Source: an uncultured Muribaculaceae bacterium (GTDB taxonomy: Bacteria > Bacteroidota > Bacteroidia > Bacteroidales > Muribaculaceae). From it: DNA of 64,000 nucleotides. Shown one piece after another: positions 48,214 through 58,330 of this stretch. Within the stretch, counting starts at the first letter, position 1. Each line of letters starts with the position of its first letter. The position numbers were made by a program, and so were the translations under genes. Under the pieces are notes generated by a model, which worked only from the letters and a program-made list of their open reading frames with translations, did no database searches and was not told the origin of the DNA. The stretch covers positions 4,964-68,963 of the forward strand of contig CAJUCQ010000024.1 of the NCBI GenBank assembly GCA_910584905.1, written 5' to 3'.

Positions 48214-49629
48214 TTACTTCGTAAGGCGGACGATTTTGCAGCCGTGGGGTGCTACGGTCGCCGACAGCGACGTGGCCGCCCCTTCGTCGGCATGTTTCCA
48301 GAGGTCGCGGACATTCCACGTGCCCTCTATGCCGAGGTCGGCGAAATTGACACTCATACCCTCCGAGCTGTCATCGCGGTTGAAAAGACCGATTACCCAG
48401 TCGCCGTTGCTCATTTGTCCGTACCATATCTGGTTGTCGGCATCGTTGAGCTTGTTGCTCAACGGCTTGCCCGTAAAGCGGTCGGCGTTAAGGGCAAGAA
48501 TCTCTTCGTTGGTGTAGAACTTGAGATTCTCGCCGATGTTGTGATACTGGTCAGCAACCGTCACAGGGCCGCCGGCCATAAGCTGGAGCGATACCACAAA
48601 CTCTTTCTCGGCGGCTGTCTCGAACGTGTTAAGGCGGATAAAGTCGCCGTCGAGAATCACCTTGTCGCGTCCGCCGATATGGCTCCAGTAGGTGAATCCG
48701 TCGAACATGTTCATGCAGTTGGGCCAGTTGGCGAAGCTCTTGCCGCGTTCGGCCGAAGAGCAGTGCCACCAGCCGCCCGAAGCCGTGTCGGCTACGATGC
48801 GCACCATGTTGCCGTACTTGGCTTCCACGAGAGCGTCGTCATATAGGTGGGGCATTACAAGCGACGTGAAGATACCGTATTTCTTGGCGCTCTCAGCGAT
48901 GTAGCTCAGGGCGCGGGCATACACCTCGCGGCCATAGCCCTTGCCCGTGATGCCGAGGCCGCGGTCCTTGCCGTCCTCATACCACGAAAGGAAGTCCATG
49001 CGGATATACTCGATGCCAAGCTCCTTGTAGTGCTTGAAGAACCCGTCGATATACTCGCGCGCTCCGGCGTGCGAGGCTACGGCCCAGTTGAACCACAGGT
49101 CCTCGGCCTTCTGGTTCGTGACGGGGTCGCCGTTGTAATAGAGCGAACCGAAAGTCAGGTCAGTCCCCTCGATTTTGGTCTCGCGAGGGCCGTGGATCCA
49201 AAGCGGATTGTCATAAACGCCCACCTTCAGCCCGCGGGCCTTGGCCTTCGCCACGAGGTCTTTGAGCGCCGTCGACCCGTAGTGGGTCATATAGCCGCTC
49301 GCGTCCTTCGCAAGCATGGGGATGAAGCCGTCCGTGCACACCATGTCGTAGCCGTAAGGCTTGAGGTCGCGCTCAACCCAGTCGAGGATGCGGTCCCATT
49401 CCTCGGGGCTGATGTCTTGGTCGGAGTTGGACACGCCGTTCTGCTCGTTGACGTAGCAGTATTCATAGACGCTCCAATACATCGGAGCCTTGTAGGTGTG
49501 TATGTTGGAAATCTCGGGGAGGTCCGGGAGCTCGAATTTCGGGGGGCGGCGCATCTCGATGTCATTGCTGCACGAGCATAAAACTCCGGTGAGGGCGGCG
49601 GCACCTATTATTTTGCTGATAAATTTCAT
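48214..49629 (-). CDS. GH27-family lipoprotein resembling isomalto-dextranase
   Basis: Lipobox LCSC. YDMVCTDG, GVYDNPLW, YIRMDFLSWYEDG, SLVMPH, ILDGDFIR and VRDLW match my recollection of the Arthrobacter isomalto-dextranase sequence. C-terminal GH27 beta-sandwich. Confidence 0.75.
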   Translation of the reverse strand: MKFISKIIGAAALTGVLCSCSNDIEMRRPPKFELPDLPEISNIHTYKAPMYWSVYEYCYVNEQNGVSNSDQDISPEEWDRILDWVERDLKPYGYDMVCTDGFIPMLAKDASGYMTHYGSTALKDLVAKAKARGLKVGVYDNPLWIHGPRETKIEGTDLTFGSLYYNGDPVTNQKAEDLWFNWAVASHAGAREYIDGFFKHYKELGIEYIRMDFLSWYEDGKDRGLGITGKGYGREVYARALSYIAESAKKYGIFTSLVMPHLYDDALVEAKYGNMVRIVADTASGGWWHCSSAERGKSFANWPNCMNMFDGFTYWSHIGGRDKVILDGDFIRLNTFETAAEKEFVVSLQLMAGGPVTVADQYHNIGENLKFYTNEEILALNADRFTGKPLSNKLNDADNQIWYGQMSNGDWVIGLFNRDDSSEGMSVNFADLGIEGTWNVRDLWKHADEGAATSLSATVAPHGCKIVRLTK

Positions 49630-49653
49630 TGTTTGAAGAGGGTGGGTATGTGA

Positions 49654-51570
49654 TTATTCGATGAAGGTTGCGGTGAGAGTCCAGGCTTCGATGTCAAAGC
49701 TCAGACGGTATTTGCCGGCGTCTGTTACCAGCCATTTGTCGTCAGGGTCGGTCGTATAGACGAACTCGGCAGACTCAACGCCAGACTTCGAAATCTTGCA
49801 GCCGTTGAACGTCGGGCGCACAAACGGACATTGGAACGAGCCGTCAGGCTCGATGCAGGCTTTCAGCTCGCCTTTGCCGAGTGTGCCTTCCCATACGAAG
49901 CAACCGTCCTTGAGGCTGAGCGCCGTGGCATTGTCCATGCTCCAGCCGCCGGGGGTGGCGTCGCCGATGATATACAGCGTGGAGGCCTTGAACGGCTCTT
50001 TGCCCGGAGTCGTAGTCCCGGAGTTGCCGATGTAGGTTGCGGAGATGGTGCGTTTGGAAAGGTCGAACGTCAGGTGGTACTTGCCGCTCTCGGTCACTTT
50101 CCAATGGTCGTCGGGCGCCGTGGTCATCACGAAGCCGGGTTCGGCCACGCCCGAGGAGTTGACCTCGACGTCGGCCTTTGCCGGGCGGATGAACGGAACA
50201 TCGAACGAACTCTTGTCCGTGCAGGCCTTGAATGTGCCGTTCACGAGATTGCCTTCCCACGTCCAGATGTATTTTTCCGTAGAACTGAACGCCGTGGCCG
50301 CGTCAAGGCTCCAGCCGCCGGGAGTGGCGTCGCCGATGATATAGAGCGCCGTGGCCTCGATGGGCGTATTGTCCGACGGACCCTGCGTGCCGCTGAGGTA
50401 TTCGGCCTTGATAGTCCAGTCGCGAAGATTGAACGTCAGGCGGTACTTGCCGCTCTCGGTCACCTTCCACTGGTCGTCGGGCGCCGTGGTCATAACGAAG
50501 CCGGGTTCGGCCACGCCCGAGGAGTTGACCTCGACGTTGGCTTTTTCGGGGCGGATGAACGGAACGTCGAACGAGCTCTTGTCCGTGCAGGCCTTGAACG
50601 TGCCGCTCACGAGTTCGCCTTCCCACGTCCAGATGTAATCTTCCGTAGAGCTGAACGCCGTAGCTGCGTCAAGGCTCCAGCCGCCGGGAGTGGCGTCGCC
50701 GATGATGTAGAGGCTTTGAGTAGCGATGGGGTTCTTCTCCTGCTCGGGAAGTTCGCCGGTGTATTCGGCCGAGATAGTCCAGTGTTCGAGGTCGAAGGTC
50801 AGACGGTACGTACCTCCGTCTGCTACGCACCACTTGTTGTCGGGCGAGGCCGTGAACACAAACTCGGGAGTCTCCACGCCGCTCTTGCCGATTTTGACAC
50901 CTTCGCTCGCCGGGCGGATGAAGTTCACATCCCAGCTTCCGGCGCTCAGACAGCACTTGATTTCGCCTGCCGGAAGCGCGCCTTCATATTCGAAGATGTA
51001 GTCGCTCTTCTTGGTGAGAGGCGTCGGGCTGTCAATGTTCCAGCCGCAGGGAGCGGCGTCGCCGACCATATAGAGTTCTTCGGTCTCGATCGGTTCGATG
51101 ACGGGGGCGGGAGCAGAGCCAACATAACGCGTGCTCATTGTCCAGTTGCGCAGGTCGAACGTCAGGTGGTACACACCGGCTTCGGCGATTTTCCACTTGT
51201 TGTCAGGGTCGCCGGCGTGCATTGCGAAAGTTGCTTCGCTGATATCCGTCGACGAGATTTCCTCGCCGTTCACTTCCGGGCGGATGAAAGGCACATCCCA
51301 GCTCCCCGCAACGAGGCAGAGCTTCATTTCGCCCGTCGAGAGCGAGCCTTCCCACTCGAACACGAGAGGGTCTTCGCCTTCAGCGGCCAAAGGAGTGGGC
51401 GAGTCGATGCTCCAGCCGTTAGGCGTGGCATCGCCGACCATATAAAGAGCCGATGTCTTGATGGGCAGATTGCCTTCGATGATGATAAGCTCCTTTTCGT
51501 CGTCGCACGACCAAAGGCCCGTGATGAGAAGAAGCGCGGACAATAGCCCGAATATTTTATTGACTTTCAT
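49654..51570 (-). CDS. SusE/SusF-like surface glycan-binding lipoprotein with five tandem domains
   Basis: Lipobox LWSC followed by acidic DDEKE; five ~120-aa repeats starting LY(M/I)(V/I)GDA(T/A)PxGW. Confidence 0.85.
   Translation of the reverse strand: MKVNKIFGLLSALLLITGLWSCDDEKELIIIEGNLPIKTSALYMVGDATPNGWSIDSPTPLAAEGEDPLVFEWEGSLSTGEMKLCLVAGSWDVPFIRPEVNGEEISSTDISEATFAMHAGDPDNKWKIAEAGVYHLTFDLRNWTMSTRYVGSAPAPVIEPIETEELYMVGDAAPCGWNIDSPTPLTKKSDYIFEYEGALPAGEIKCCLSAGSWDVNFIRPASEGVKIGKSGVETPEFVFTASPDNKWCVADGGTYRLTFDLEHWTISAEYTGELPEQEKNPIATQSLYIIGDATPGGWSLDAATAFSSTEDYIWTWEGELVSGTFKACTDKSSFDVPFIRPEKANVEVNSSGVAEPGFVMTTAPDDQWKVTESGKYRLTFNLRDWTIKAEYLSGTQGPSDNTPIEATALYIIGDATPGGWSLDAATAFSSTEKYIWTWEGNLVNGTFKACTDKSSFDVPFIRPAKADVEVNSSGVAEPGFVMTTAPDDHWKVTESGKYHLTFDLSKRTISATYIGNSGTTTPGKEPFKASTLYIIGDATPGGWSMDNATALSLKDGCFVWEGTLGKGELKACIEPDGSFQCPFVRPTFNGCKISKSGVESAEFVYTTDPDDKWLVTDAGKYRLSFDIEAWTLTATFIE
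50065..50712. repeat. Intragenic direct repeat, 2 x 282 bp, offset 366 bp
   Basis: 50065-50346 vs 50431-50712: 20 mismatches in 282 nt by hand count (~93% identity). Confidence 0.9.
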
Positions 51571-51581
51571 GGTATTCGGAA

Positions 51582-53318
51582 TTAATTGCTGTAACCGGGA
51601 TTTTGTACTAACTGTGTGTTGGCGTTGAGGATAGGCCTCATGATCGGGAAGATTTCAGTGTGGCGGCCTTCGTCGGGGGTCTTGTCCCACCACGAGCCGG
51701 TCGAGAACTTGCCGAAGCGGATGAGGTCGATGCGACGGCGACCTTCGGCGAAGAATTCGCGGCCCCATTCGTCGAGCATCTCTTTATCGTTGAGTTCGGC
51801 GCGGCCTTCGGGAGCATAGAGGTTGTCGTCGAGGTTCTCGGCAGGGTAGTTGCGGCGACGCACGCTGTTGAGCAGCTTGGCCGCGTCGATCTTATTGCCT
51901 GCGCGGAGCTTGCATTCGGCCAAAGAGTAGATAATCTCGGGCAGACGCACCTCGGTGTAGTCGCTTTCCATCTGGCCCGACTCGTCGTCGGAGTAGAACG
52001 GATATTTGGCGAAATGCCATCCCGAGTTATGGTCGCCCGTCTGGAGGGTCGACGTCTTCTGGGCAGGCCATTTGTTCGGGTCCATGCCGCCGAAGGGCCC
52101 AACGGCGTCGCGGATATAGAGGTCGTAGGGAAGCTCGGGGGCGCGCAGACGCTTGGTGGCGCCGTTCTCGTCGACGTATTCGATATAGCCGTAGATAAAC
52201 ATGCCCTCGCGCTTGTTGTTGCCGAGATTGCGGTAGAGCTTCATGCGCTCGTCGCCGGCGTATTTGCGGAAGTTCTGGACGGGCATACCCAGCTCATAGG
52301 TGTAGAGATTGCCGTTGAGGTCATAGCTCGGCGAGGCCGCATACTTCGTGTTGTGGTCGCCGGCCTTGGCCTTGTTGTCCTTGAAGTAGTAGCGGGCGCG
52401 GGCCGGAACGGTCCACCAGTACATGTCGCTGCCGTAATGCCAGTAAGAATAGCCCTGAGAGCCCGGGAAGCCGAAGATAACCTCGTCGGAGGTGTCGTTG
52501 TTCCAGTCAAAGGCCTCGTCCCAGCGGTCGGCCACTTCGTAGGGGCCGTAGGTGCCGTCGAGGATAGCCTGAGCGTAGGTTTCGCAGTCTTTGTAGCGCT
52601 CCTCACCGATGTAGACCTCGGCGTTGAGGTAAAGGCGCACCAGAAGGGCGGCGGCCCCGGCCTGTGTCCACTGGCCCTGAATCATGCTCTGGTTGCCGAG
52701 ACCTTCCTTGACGATAAGGAGAGGAAGGCACTCCTTAAGTTCGGCTTCGATGAAATCGAAGATGCGCTTGGGCTCGACCTGCCCCTGCGTGTTGAGCGAC
52801 GGGTCGTTGAAGCTTACGGCGAGGGGGATGTTGCGGAAAGCATCGAGAAGGCGGAGGTAGAACCACGCACGGAGCGTGCGGTTCTGGGCCGTGAAATTGT
52901 CCATCTCGCTCTTTGTCATGCCGAACTTCGCCGGGTCAAGCTTTGCGAGGTCTTCAATCACGTAGTTGCATTGCATGATGCCCTGAAAGCAGCCGTTCCA
53001 TTCGGTCTGCGCGTCGCCGCCGTCCTCGACGTTCCATTCGTGGTGGTGCAGGCGACGCCACTTGCCGCCGTCGTCCCACCAGCCGTCGCGGGTCGGAGTG
53101 ATAAGCTGGTCGGCCGTCAGCTCGTTGAGCACGTGGCGGCTCTGGACGCTCCAGTATGCGTGTTCGAAGGGGCGCAGGGCCGCACGGATGACGTCGCTCT
53201 TCGAGTTATAATAGTTTTCGGAGCCTACCTGATCGTAAAGTGTCTCGTTGAGATCGGTGCACGAGCTGAACGCGGCGACACACACGAGCGAGGCGGCTAT
53301 GTTGCGGATAAGTTTCAT
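51582..53318 (-). CDS. susD: SusD/RagB family nutrient-binding lipoprotein
   Basis: Lipobox FSSC; LRAWFYLRLLDAFRNIPL, EWGREFFAEGRRRIDLIRFG and QNPGY. Confidence 0.93.
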   Translation of the reverse strand: MKLIRNIAASLVCVAAFSSCTDLNETLYDQVGSENYYNSKSDVIRAALRPFEHAYWSVQSRHVLNELTADQLITPTRDGWWDDGGKWRRLHHHEWNVEDGGDAQTEWNGCFQGIMQCNYVIEDLAKLDPAKFGMTKSEMDNFTAQNRTLRAWFYLRLLDAFRNIPLAVSFNDPSLNTQGQVEPKRIFDFIEAELKECLPLLIVKEGLGNQSMIQGQWTQAGAAALLVRLYLNAEVYIGEERYKDCETYAQAILDGTYGPYEVADRWDEAFDWNNDTSDEVIFGFPGSQGYSYWHYGSDMYWWTVPARARYYFKDNKAKAGDHNTKYAASPSYDLNGNLYTYELGMPVQNFRKYAGDERMKLYRNLGNNKREGMFIYGYIEYVDENGATKRLRAPELPYDLYIRDAVGPFGGMDPNKWPAQKTSTLQTGDHNSGWHFAKYPFYSDDESGQMESDYTEVRLPEIIYSLAECKLRAGNKIDAAKLLNSVRRRNYPAENLDDNLYAPEGRAELNDKEMLDEWGREFFAEGRRRIDLIRFGKFSTGSWWDKTPDEGRHTEIFPIMRPILNANTQLVQNPGYSN

Positions 53319-53339
53319 GTTGTCGGGTTTTTCAATGTT

Positions 53340-56333
53340 TTAGAAATCGACTTGGACGCCGAGGATAAACTGGCGGGTGGAGGGGAAGTGCGTACGCGAA
53401 CCCTGTCCGCCCGGATAAAGACCGTTGACCTGATACGACGACGGGTCTACGCCGCTGAACTTCGTGATGGTAAACACGTTCTTGACCGAGCCGTAGAAGC
53501 GCACGCTGTTCATGAATCGTGCGGTCGGCGTCTTGAGCGTGTAGCCGAGTGTCAGCATGTCGAGCTTGAAGTAGTCGCCTCGCTCGAGGAAGTAGTCGCT
53601 GACAACGGGGTTGGCCGACGGATTGATGTCGAAGTTCTTGCCGTAGGCTTTGCGCAGGCGGTTGCCGGTGAAGTTGCGGTTGCCGTAGTAGAAGTCGTGG
53701 ATGTTGAAGATGTCAAAGCCGAAGGCGCCGCGGAAGAAGAGCGCGAGGTCGAAGTTGCGGTAGCGGAAGTTGTGGGTCGTCGACATGGTGAACTTGGGCA
53801 TGCCGTTGCCCACAACCTGACGGTCTTCTTCCGTGGCCTGAGCCGCGCGGATGATGTCGCCGTCCTTGTCGTAGACGAGCCAGTCGCCGTCGCTGGTGAT
53901 GCCGGCGTACTTCCACATGTAGAAGTTGCCGAGGGGCTTGCCCTTTTCGATGCGCTGGAGGTTGTAGTAGGGGTAGGGGTCTTCGGTCGGGCAACCGTAG
54001 TAGTAGTCCTGACCGATGTATTCCGAGTTGGAGAAATCGACAAACTTGTTGCTCATCCATGTGCCGACGACGCTGAAGTTGTAGTCGAAGTCTTTGGTCT
54101 GAACGGCGTTGAAGTTGAGATCGAATTCAAAACCGGTGTTTTTCATCGTGCCCACGTTGACGAAGGTCTCGTCGTGGAGGTAGGGCGGAACGGACACCTT
54201 GTAGTTGCCGAGAAGGTCCTGCTGGCGGCGGTTGAAGTAGTTGAGCGAGCCGTAGAAGCGGCTGTTGAACATGGCGAAGTCGATGCCGACGTTCCAGTTC
54301 TTGCCCTTTTCCCACTTGAGGTCGGGGTTGACGTTCTTGCCCGGGCCCCATACCTGATAGTACTTGCCCTGATAGAAGTAGTAGCCGAAGCCGCTCATCG
54401 TGTTGATGGAAAGATACGAGCCGAAGTCCTGATTGCCCGTCACGCCGAAGTCACCGCGGATTTTGAGGTCGTTGAGCCATGAGCGCGTCGAGGCCATGAA
54501 TTCTTCCTGAGAGATGCGCCAGCCGGCGGAGAAGGCCGGGAAGTCGCCCCATTTGTGCGAGGCGCCGAACTTCGACGAACCCTCGTGGCGGATTGAGGCC
54601 GTCAGGAGATACTTGCCGTCGTAATCGTAGCTTACGCGGCCGAAGAAGCTGATGAGCTTGGCGTCGTTCTTGTAGGAGCCCATGAGCACTTCGCCCTCTT
54701 CTTTGGCGAGTTCGCCGGAGCCCATGTTGTCGGAACCGAGGCCGTCGTTGGGGAAATCCTTGTTGGAGATGTCAAAACCTTCGTACTGCGAGTACTGGTA
54801 GGAATAGCCGGCCATGGCCTTGAGGTTGTTCTTGCCGTACGAGCCTGTGTAGTTGGCAAGCCATTCGAGGATATACTGGCGTTCTTTTGCGTAAGAGCGC
54901 GAGGCCTCGCCGGCGTAGCCGCTGTTGATGGCGAGAGTCGAGGTCGACGGACGGAACCACGAGTTGTTGTTCGAATACTGGTGGTCGGCGAAAGTTACCT
55001 GCGTGTTGAGCGTGTGCTTGCCTTCGTCTTCTTTAAGGAAGAGGGGGAGGATGTTGAGCTTGAGCGTGCCGTCCCAGTCGAGAAGTTTGGTGTCGGCATG
55101 GTTCTTTTCAAGCTTCTGGAGTTCGACGGGGTTGGCGTTTACTACCTGTCCTTGGAAGTTGTAGTAGAGGTTGGGGTTCTCGGGGTCCATCAGCGGCGTG
55201 GTGGGGTTGGCCTCGATGGCGTTGCGGAACACGCTCCAGTCGGCGTTGTCGCGGTAGATGATACGCGGGGCCACGTTGACGTTCACCGTGAAGAGGCCGC
55301 CCTTGGTCGTGTGCATCACCGATGCGCGGGCGCCGTATTCCTCGCGCTTGGAGCGGAGGTCGATGCCGTGGGCGTTGCGATAGTCGGCGCTGACGCGGTA
55401 GTTGGTCTTTTCGTTGCCGCCGCTGATGCTCAGCGTGTGCTGGTGGGTGAAGCCCGTGCGGCTCACGGCGTCGAGCCAGTCGATGTTGCCGCCGAGGTCA
55501 ACGCCCGTGTCGCCCCAGCCGAGGCGCACTTCGCGGTAGTCTGCGGCGGTCATCATGTCGAGTTCCTTGTTGATTTTGTCCCAAGCGAGGTTGGTCGAGT
55601 AGGTTGTGTGGACCGAGCCGTCCTTGCTGCCTTTCTTTGTCGTCACGAGGATGACGCCGTTGGAGCCGCGGGTGCCGTAGATGGCCGAGGCCGCGCCGTC
55701 CTTGAGGATGTCGAACGAAGCGATGTCGTTGGGGTTGATGTTGGTGAGATTGCCGCCGGGGATACCGTCAATCACAATCAGCGGGCCGAGGCCTGCCGAA
55801 CGCGACGATACGCCGCGAATCTGAATCGAGGCCTGATTGTTGGGGTCGCCCGCGCCGGTGTTGGTGATTGACACACCGGGCACCTTGCCCTGAATCATCA
55901 TCGAGGGGTCAAGCGAGCTGACGGTGAGGAAGTCCTTTTCGCCGACGTGCGCGATGGCCGAGGTCAGCTCTTTTTTGTCCATCGTGCCGTAGCCGATTAC
56001 GACTACTTCGTTGAGCACCGAATTGTTGGGTTGGAGGACAACGTCAATGAGCGTGCGGCCGTTGACGTCGATGTCCTGAGTCTGACAGCCTACATACGAA
56101 ATCTGCATCTTGCCTTTGGCATCGATTGAAAGTTCGTACCGGCCGTCGATGTCGGTGACGGCGCCGGCCTTTGCGCCGAGTGCGACGACGGACGCGCCGA
56201 TAAGCGGTTCGCCTTCATGGTCGGTGACCGTTCCCGCCACTTTGATCTGCTGTGCCGTCATTGTCGATACGGCGAATATCGCAAGGATAACAGCCGAGAT
56301 GCGACGGAGTGCATTGGTTCTGGGAATTTTCAT
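53340..56333 (-). CDS. susC: SusC/RagA family TonB-dependent transporter
   Basis: LNEVVVIGYG, PLIVIDGIP, LKDGAASAIYGTRGSNGVILVTTKKG, NPDLKWE and a terminal Phe. Confidence 0.96.
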   Translation of the reverse strand: MKIPRTNALRRISAVILAIFAVSTMTAQQIKVAGTVTDHEGEPLIGASVVALGAKAGAVTDIDGRYELSIDAKGKMQISYVGCQTQDIDVNGRTLIDVVLQPNNSVLNEVVVIGYGTMDKKELTSAIAHVGEKDFLTVSSLDPSMMIQGKVPGVSITNTGAGDPNNQASIQIRGVSSRSAGLGPLIVIDGIPGGNLTNINPNDIASFDILKDGAASAIYGTRGSNGVILVTTKKGSKDGSVHTTYSTNLAWDKINKELDMMTAADYREVRLGWGDTGVDLGGNIDWLDAVSRTGFTHQHTLSISGGNEKTNYRVSADYRNAHGIDLRSKREEYGARASVMHTTKGGLFTVNVNVAPRIIYRDNADWSVFRNAIEANPTTPLMDPENPNLYYNFQGQVVNANPVELQKLEKNHADTKLLDWDGTLKLNILPLFLKEDEGKHTLNTQVTFADHQYSNNNSWFRPSTSTLAINSGYAGEASRSYAKERQYILEWLANYTGSYGKNNLKAMAGYSYQYSQYEGFDISNKDFPNDGLGSDNMGSGELAKEEGEVLMGSYKNDAKLISFFGRVSYDYDGKYLLTASIRHEGSSKFGASHKWGDFPAFSAGWRISQEEFMASTRSWLNDLKIRGDFGVTGNQDFGSYLSINTMSGFGYYFYQGKYYQVWGPGKNVNPDLKWEKGKNWNVGIDFAMFNSRFYGSLNYFNRRQQDLLGNYKVSVPPYLHDETFVNVGTMKNTGFEFDLNFNAVQTKDFDYNFSVVGTWMSNKFVDFSNSEYIGQDYYYGCPTEDPYPYYNLQRIEKGKPLGNFYMWKYAGITSDGDWLVYDKDGDIIRAAQATEEDRQVVGNGMPKFTMSTTHNFRYRNFDLALFFRGAFGFDIFNIHDFYYGNRNFTGNRLRKAYGKNFDINPSANPVVSDYFLERGDYFKLDMLTLGYTLKTPTARFMNSVRFYGSVKNVFTITKFSGVDPSSYQVNGLYPGGQGSRTHFPSTRQFILGVQVDF

Positions 56334-56368
56334 GATAAGATTGGTTTAACAGTTAAGTTTTCGTAATG

Positions 56369-56509
56369 CAAAGGTAGTGCATTATTCCGCACAATCCCTC
56401 GCGTCGGGCGGGCGCACGCCGAATATATAGTCCGACGAGTGCGTTTGTGGAGATAAAATGTTTGCGTGTCAGTAGGTTGTGTTTTTCTTTAGTCTCGAAA
56501 TTGGTAGTG
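56369..56509 (-). promoter_or_regulatory. susC promoter with putative SusR direct-repeat boxes
   Basis: TACCTTTG at 56369-76. Minus-strand boxes CACTACCAATTT (56509-498) and GACTATATATTC (56432-421), 77 bp apart, with a central AA-N4-YTGA-N4-CAA. Confidence 0.6.
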
Positions 56510-56515
56510 TGTTTT

Positions 56516-58162
56516 TTACATGATTTTCATCACTTCGTCTTCGAATTCGGCTCGCGGGCCGGCTGATTTGTTGCGTGTTTTTGTGCGGTAGTTGTAGATT
56601 GTCGTCACGGAGTAGCGCAGAAACTGGGCTATCTTCACGCTGTCGGTGATTCCGAGGCGCACGAGCGCGAAGATGCGCAGCTGGGTGTTGAGCTGGCCCT
56701 CTTTCTTCAGGGTGATGCGCTCTTCCGGCACGAGCAGGGCGTTGAACTGTTCGACGAAATCGGGGAAAAGTTTAAGAAAGGTTGTGTCAAAGTTCTTGTA
56801 GAAGGCCTTGAGTTCCTCGTCCATAAGGTCGGTGCTTTTGAGGGCTTTGCGGAGCTCATCGGTCTTGCCGGCGTTGAGCAGTTTGTTGAGGCTGCGTCTG
56901 TAGCCGTCGAGTTTCTCAATATAAACGGAACACTGGTCCATATATTGTGCGATGTACTCTTCTTTGATTTGCGAGTTTTCGGCGATGGCCCTGTTGGCTT
57001 CGGAGAGGCGGGTGTTGAAGTCGGTGAGTTCTTCGTTGAGGGCCTTGAGTTTCTCGTTGGTCATGCGCACGCTGCGCTCGGCCTCGGCGGTTTCGTTTTT
57101 TTGTTTCCACACGCGCCATACGGCAAGCAGAAGGAATAGAGCCAGCAGACTTATGATGCACGTGAGCCACCGCTGGCGCGTCTTTTCGTGCTGGATGGCC
57201 TTGACGTAGGCTTCGTTGACGATGGGAAATATGTCGTTGATTTCGAGCACTCGGAGGCGGGCGTTGCATTTGCGGGCGTCGTCCATTGATATGCGCAGGA
57301 AGTCGTAGGCATCGGTGACGTCGCCCTTGCGGTAGAGGTGCACCCCGAGCTGTCGAAGCGACACGTATTCTCTTACCGCCGCCTGAAGGTCGGCTATCGA
57401 CGAGATGAGCATGTTTTCCTCGGCCTTTTCTTCATTTCCGAGATTGCGGTATGAGGTTGCCAGCGTGAAGGCGCAGAGGGCGCGGTCGTGGGTGGTGTAT
57501 TCGGCTGTCGACAGGTAATCCTCAATGATTTTGGCGGCCTCGGCGTATTCGCCGCGCGCGTTGTGGCGGTCGGCGAGGTTGATGGCGTATGAGAGCGACC
57601 CCGGCTCGCTCCGCGCTATTATCGAGTCCTGATGGGCGGCGCTCAGGCGGGCATAGTGTTCGCGGTCCTCGGGGCGCAGGCTGTAGCCGGCAAGCGACGA
57701 ATAAATGGTCCGCCCTATATAGTGGTAGTAGGGTCTGAGCCATTCGGGGACGTCTTCGAGGGCGATGGTGTCGGTGATGTCGATAGCCTCTTTGTACAAG
57801 CCCATGCTTCCGAGGACGTTTGCCGTGTTGAGGGCGGCGTTGATTGCGAGGTCGCGGCGCCCGGTGCGGCGCGCAAGTTCTTCGCGGCGGCGGCAGTATG
57901 CCAGTGCCGAGTCGGTGTTGTAGGGGCGGAATTCGTCGAGGAGCGCACCGAGGGAGAAGAAGCGGGAGTCGTCATCGCGGGCATCGGCGAGAAGCCTGCG
58001 AAGCTCGGTGAGCTGGTCCTCCTTGCGCTGGCGGTAGACGTCGCGCCGCTCTATTGTCGTGCGCAGTTCGTGCATGAGCGAGTCGCGTCGCGCTTTATGC
58101 CCTTCGCTTCGGGCAAAAGGGGCGGCGACAATCAGGAGCAGGAGTATAAGTAAGGGTTTCAT
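56516..58162 (-). CDS. susR: SusR-like transmembrane transcriptional regulator (DUF6377)
   Basis: Signal peptide, TPR-like periplasmic domain, one TM helix, coiled coil and C-terminal LRIFALVRLGITDSVKIAQFLRYSVTTIYNYR. Confidence 0.88.
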   Translation of the reverse strand: MKPLLILLLLIVAAPFARSEGHKARRDSLMHELRTTIERRDVYRQRKEDQLTELRRLLADARDDDSRFFSLGALLDEFRPYNTDSALAYCRRREELARRTGRRDLAINAALNTANVLGSMGLYKEAIDITDTIALEDVPEWLRPYYHYIGRTIYSSLAGYSLRPEDREHYARLSAAHQDSIIARSEPGSLSYAINLADRHNARGEYAEAAKIIEDYLSTAEYTTHDRALCAFTLATSYRNLGNEEKAEENMLISSIADLQAAVREYVSLRQLGVHLYRKGDVTDAYDFLRISMDDARKCNARLRVLEINDIFPIVNEAYVKAIQHEKTRQRWLTCIISLLALFLLLAVWRVWKQKNETAEAERSVRMTNEKLKALNEELTDFNTRLSEANRAIAENSQIKEEYIAQYMDQCSVYIEKLDGYRRSLNKLLNAGKTDELRKALKSTDLMDEELKAFYKNFDTTFLKLFPDFVEQFNALLVPEERITLKKEGQLNTQLRIFALVRLGITDSVKIAQFLRYSVTTIYNYRTKTRNKSAGPRAEFEDEVMKIM

Positions 58163-58175
58163 GGTAGTTATACGA

Positions 58176-58183
58176 CAAAATTA
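58176..58183 (-). promoter_or_regulatory. -7 promoter box for susR
   Basis: TAATTTTG on minus, 13 nt upstream of the ATG. Confidence 0.6.
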
Positions 58184-58255
58184 GCAAAAATATTTTTATC
58201 TCCAAAAAAATTCCCGCGTATGAATGTTTTTTATTGTCGAACCGGCTCTAAAGAC

Positions 58256-58287
58256 GCCGGAGCCGACGCGCACGCGCCGGCTCCGGC
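58256..58287 (-). terminator. Hairpin after SusE/F-T9SS gene
   Basis: GCCGGAGCCG / CGGCTCCGGC 10-bp stem followed by GTCTTT on minus. Confidence 0.55.
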
Positions 58288-58330
58288 TTGGAGATTGTGT
58301 ATGTCAAAAAGACAGGTTATTGTCTTTACC

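Noticed and set aside
51660..54482. 940-aa antisense ORF spanning susD and susC
   Set aside because: Same shadow effect; susC and susD happen to share a frame and the 21-bp gap lacks a stop. No signal peptide or family motif.
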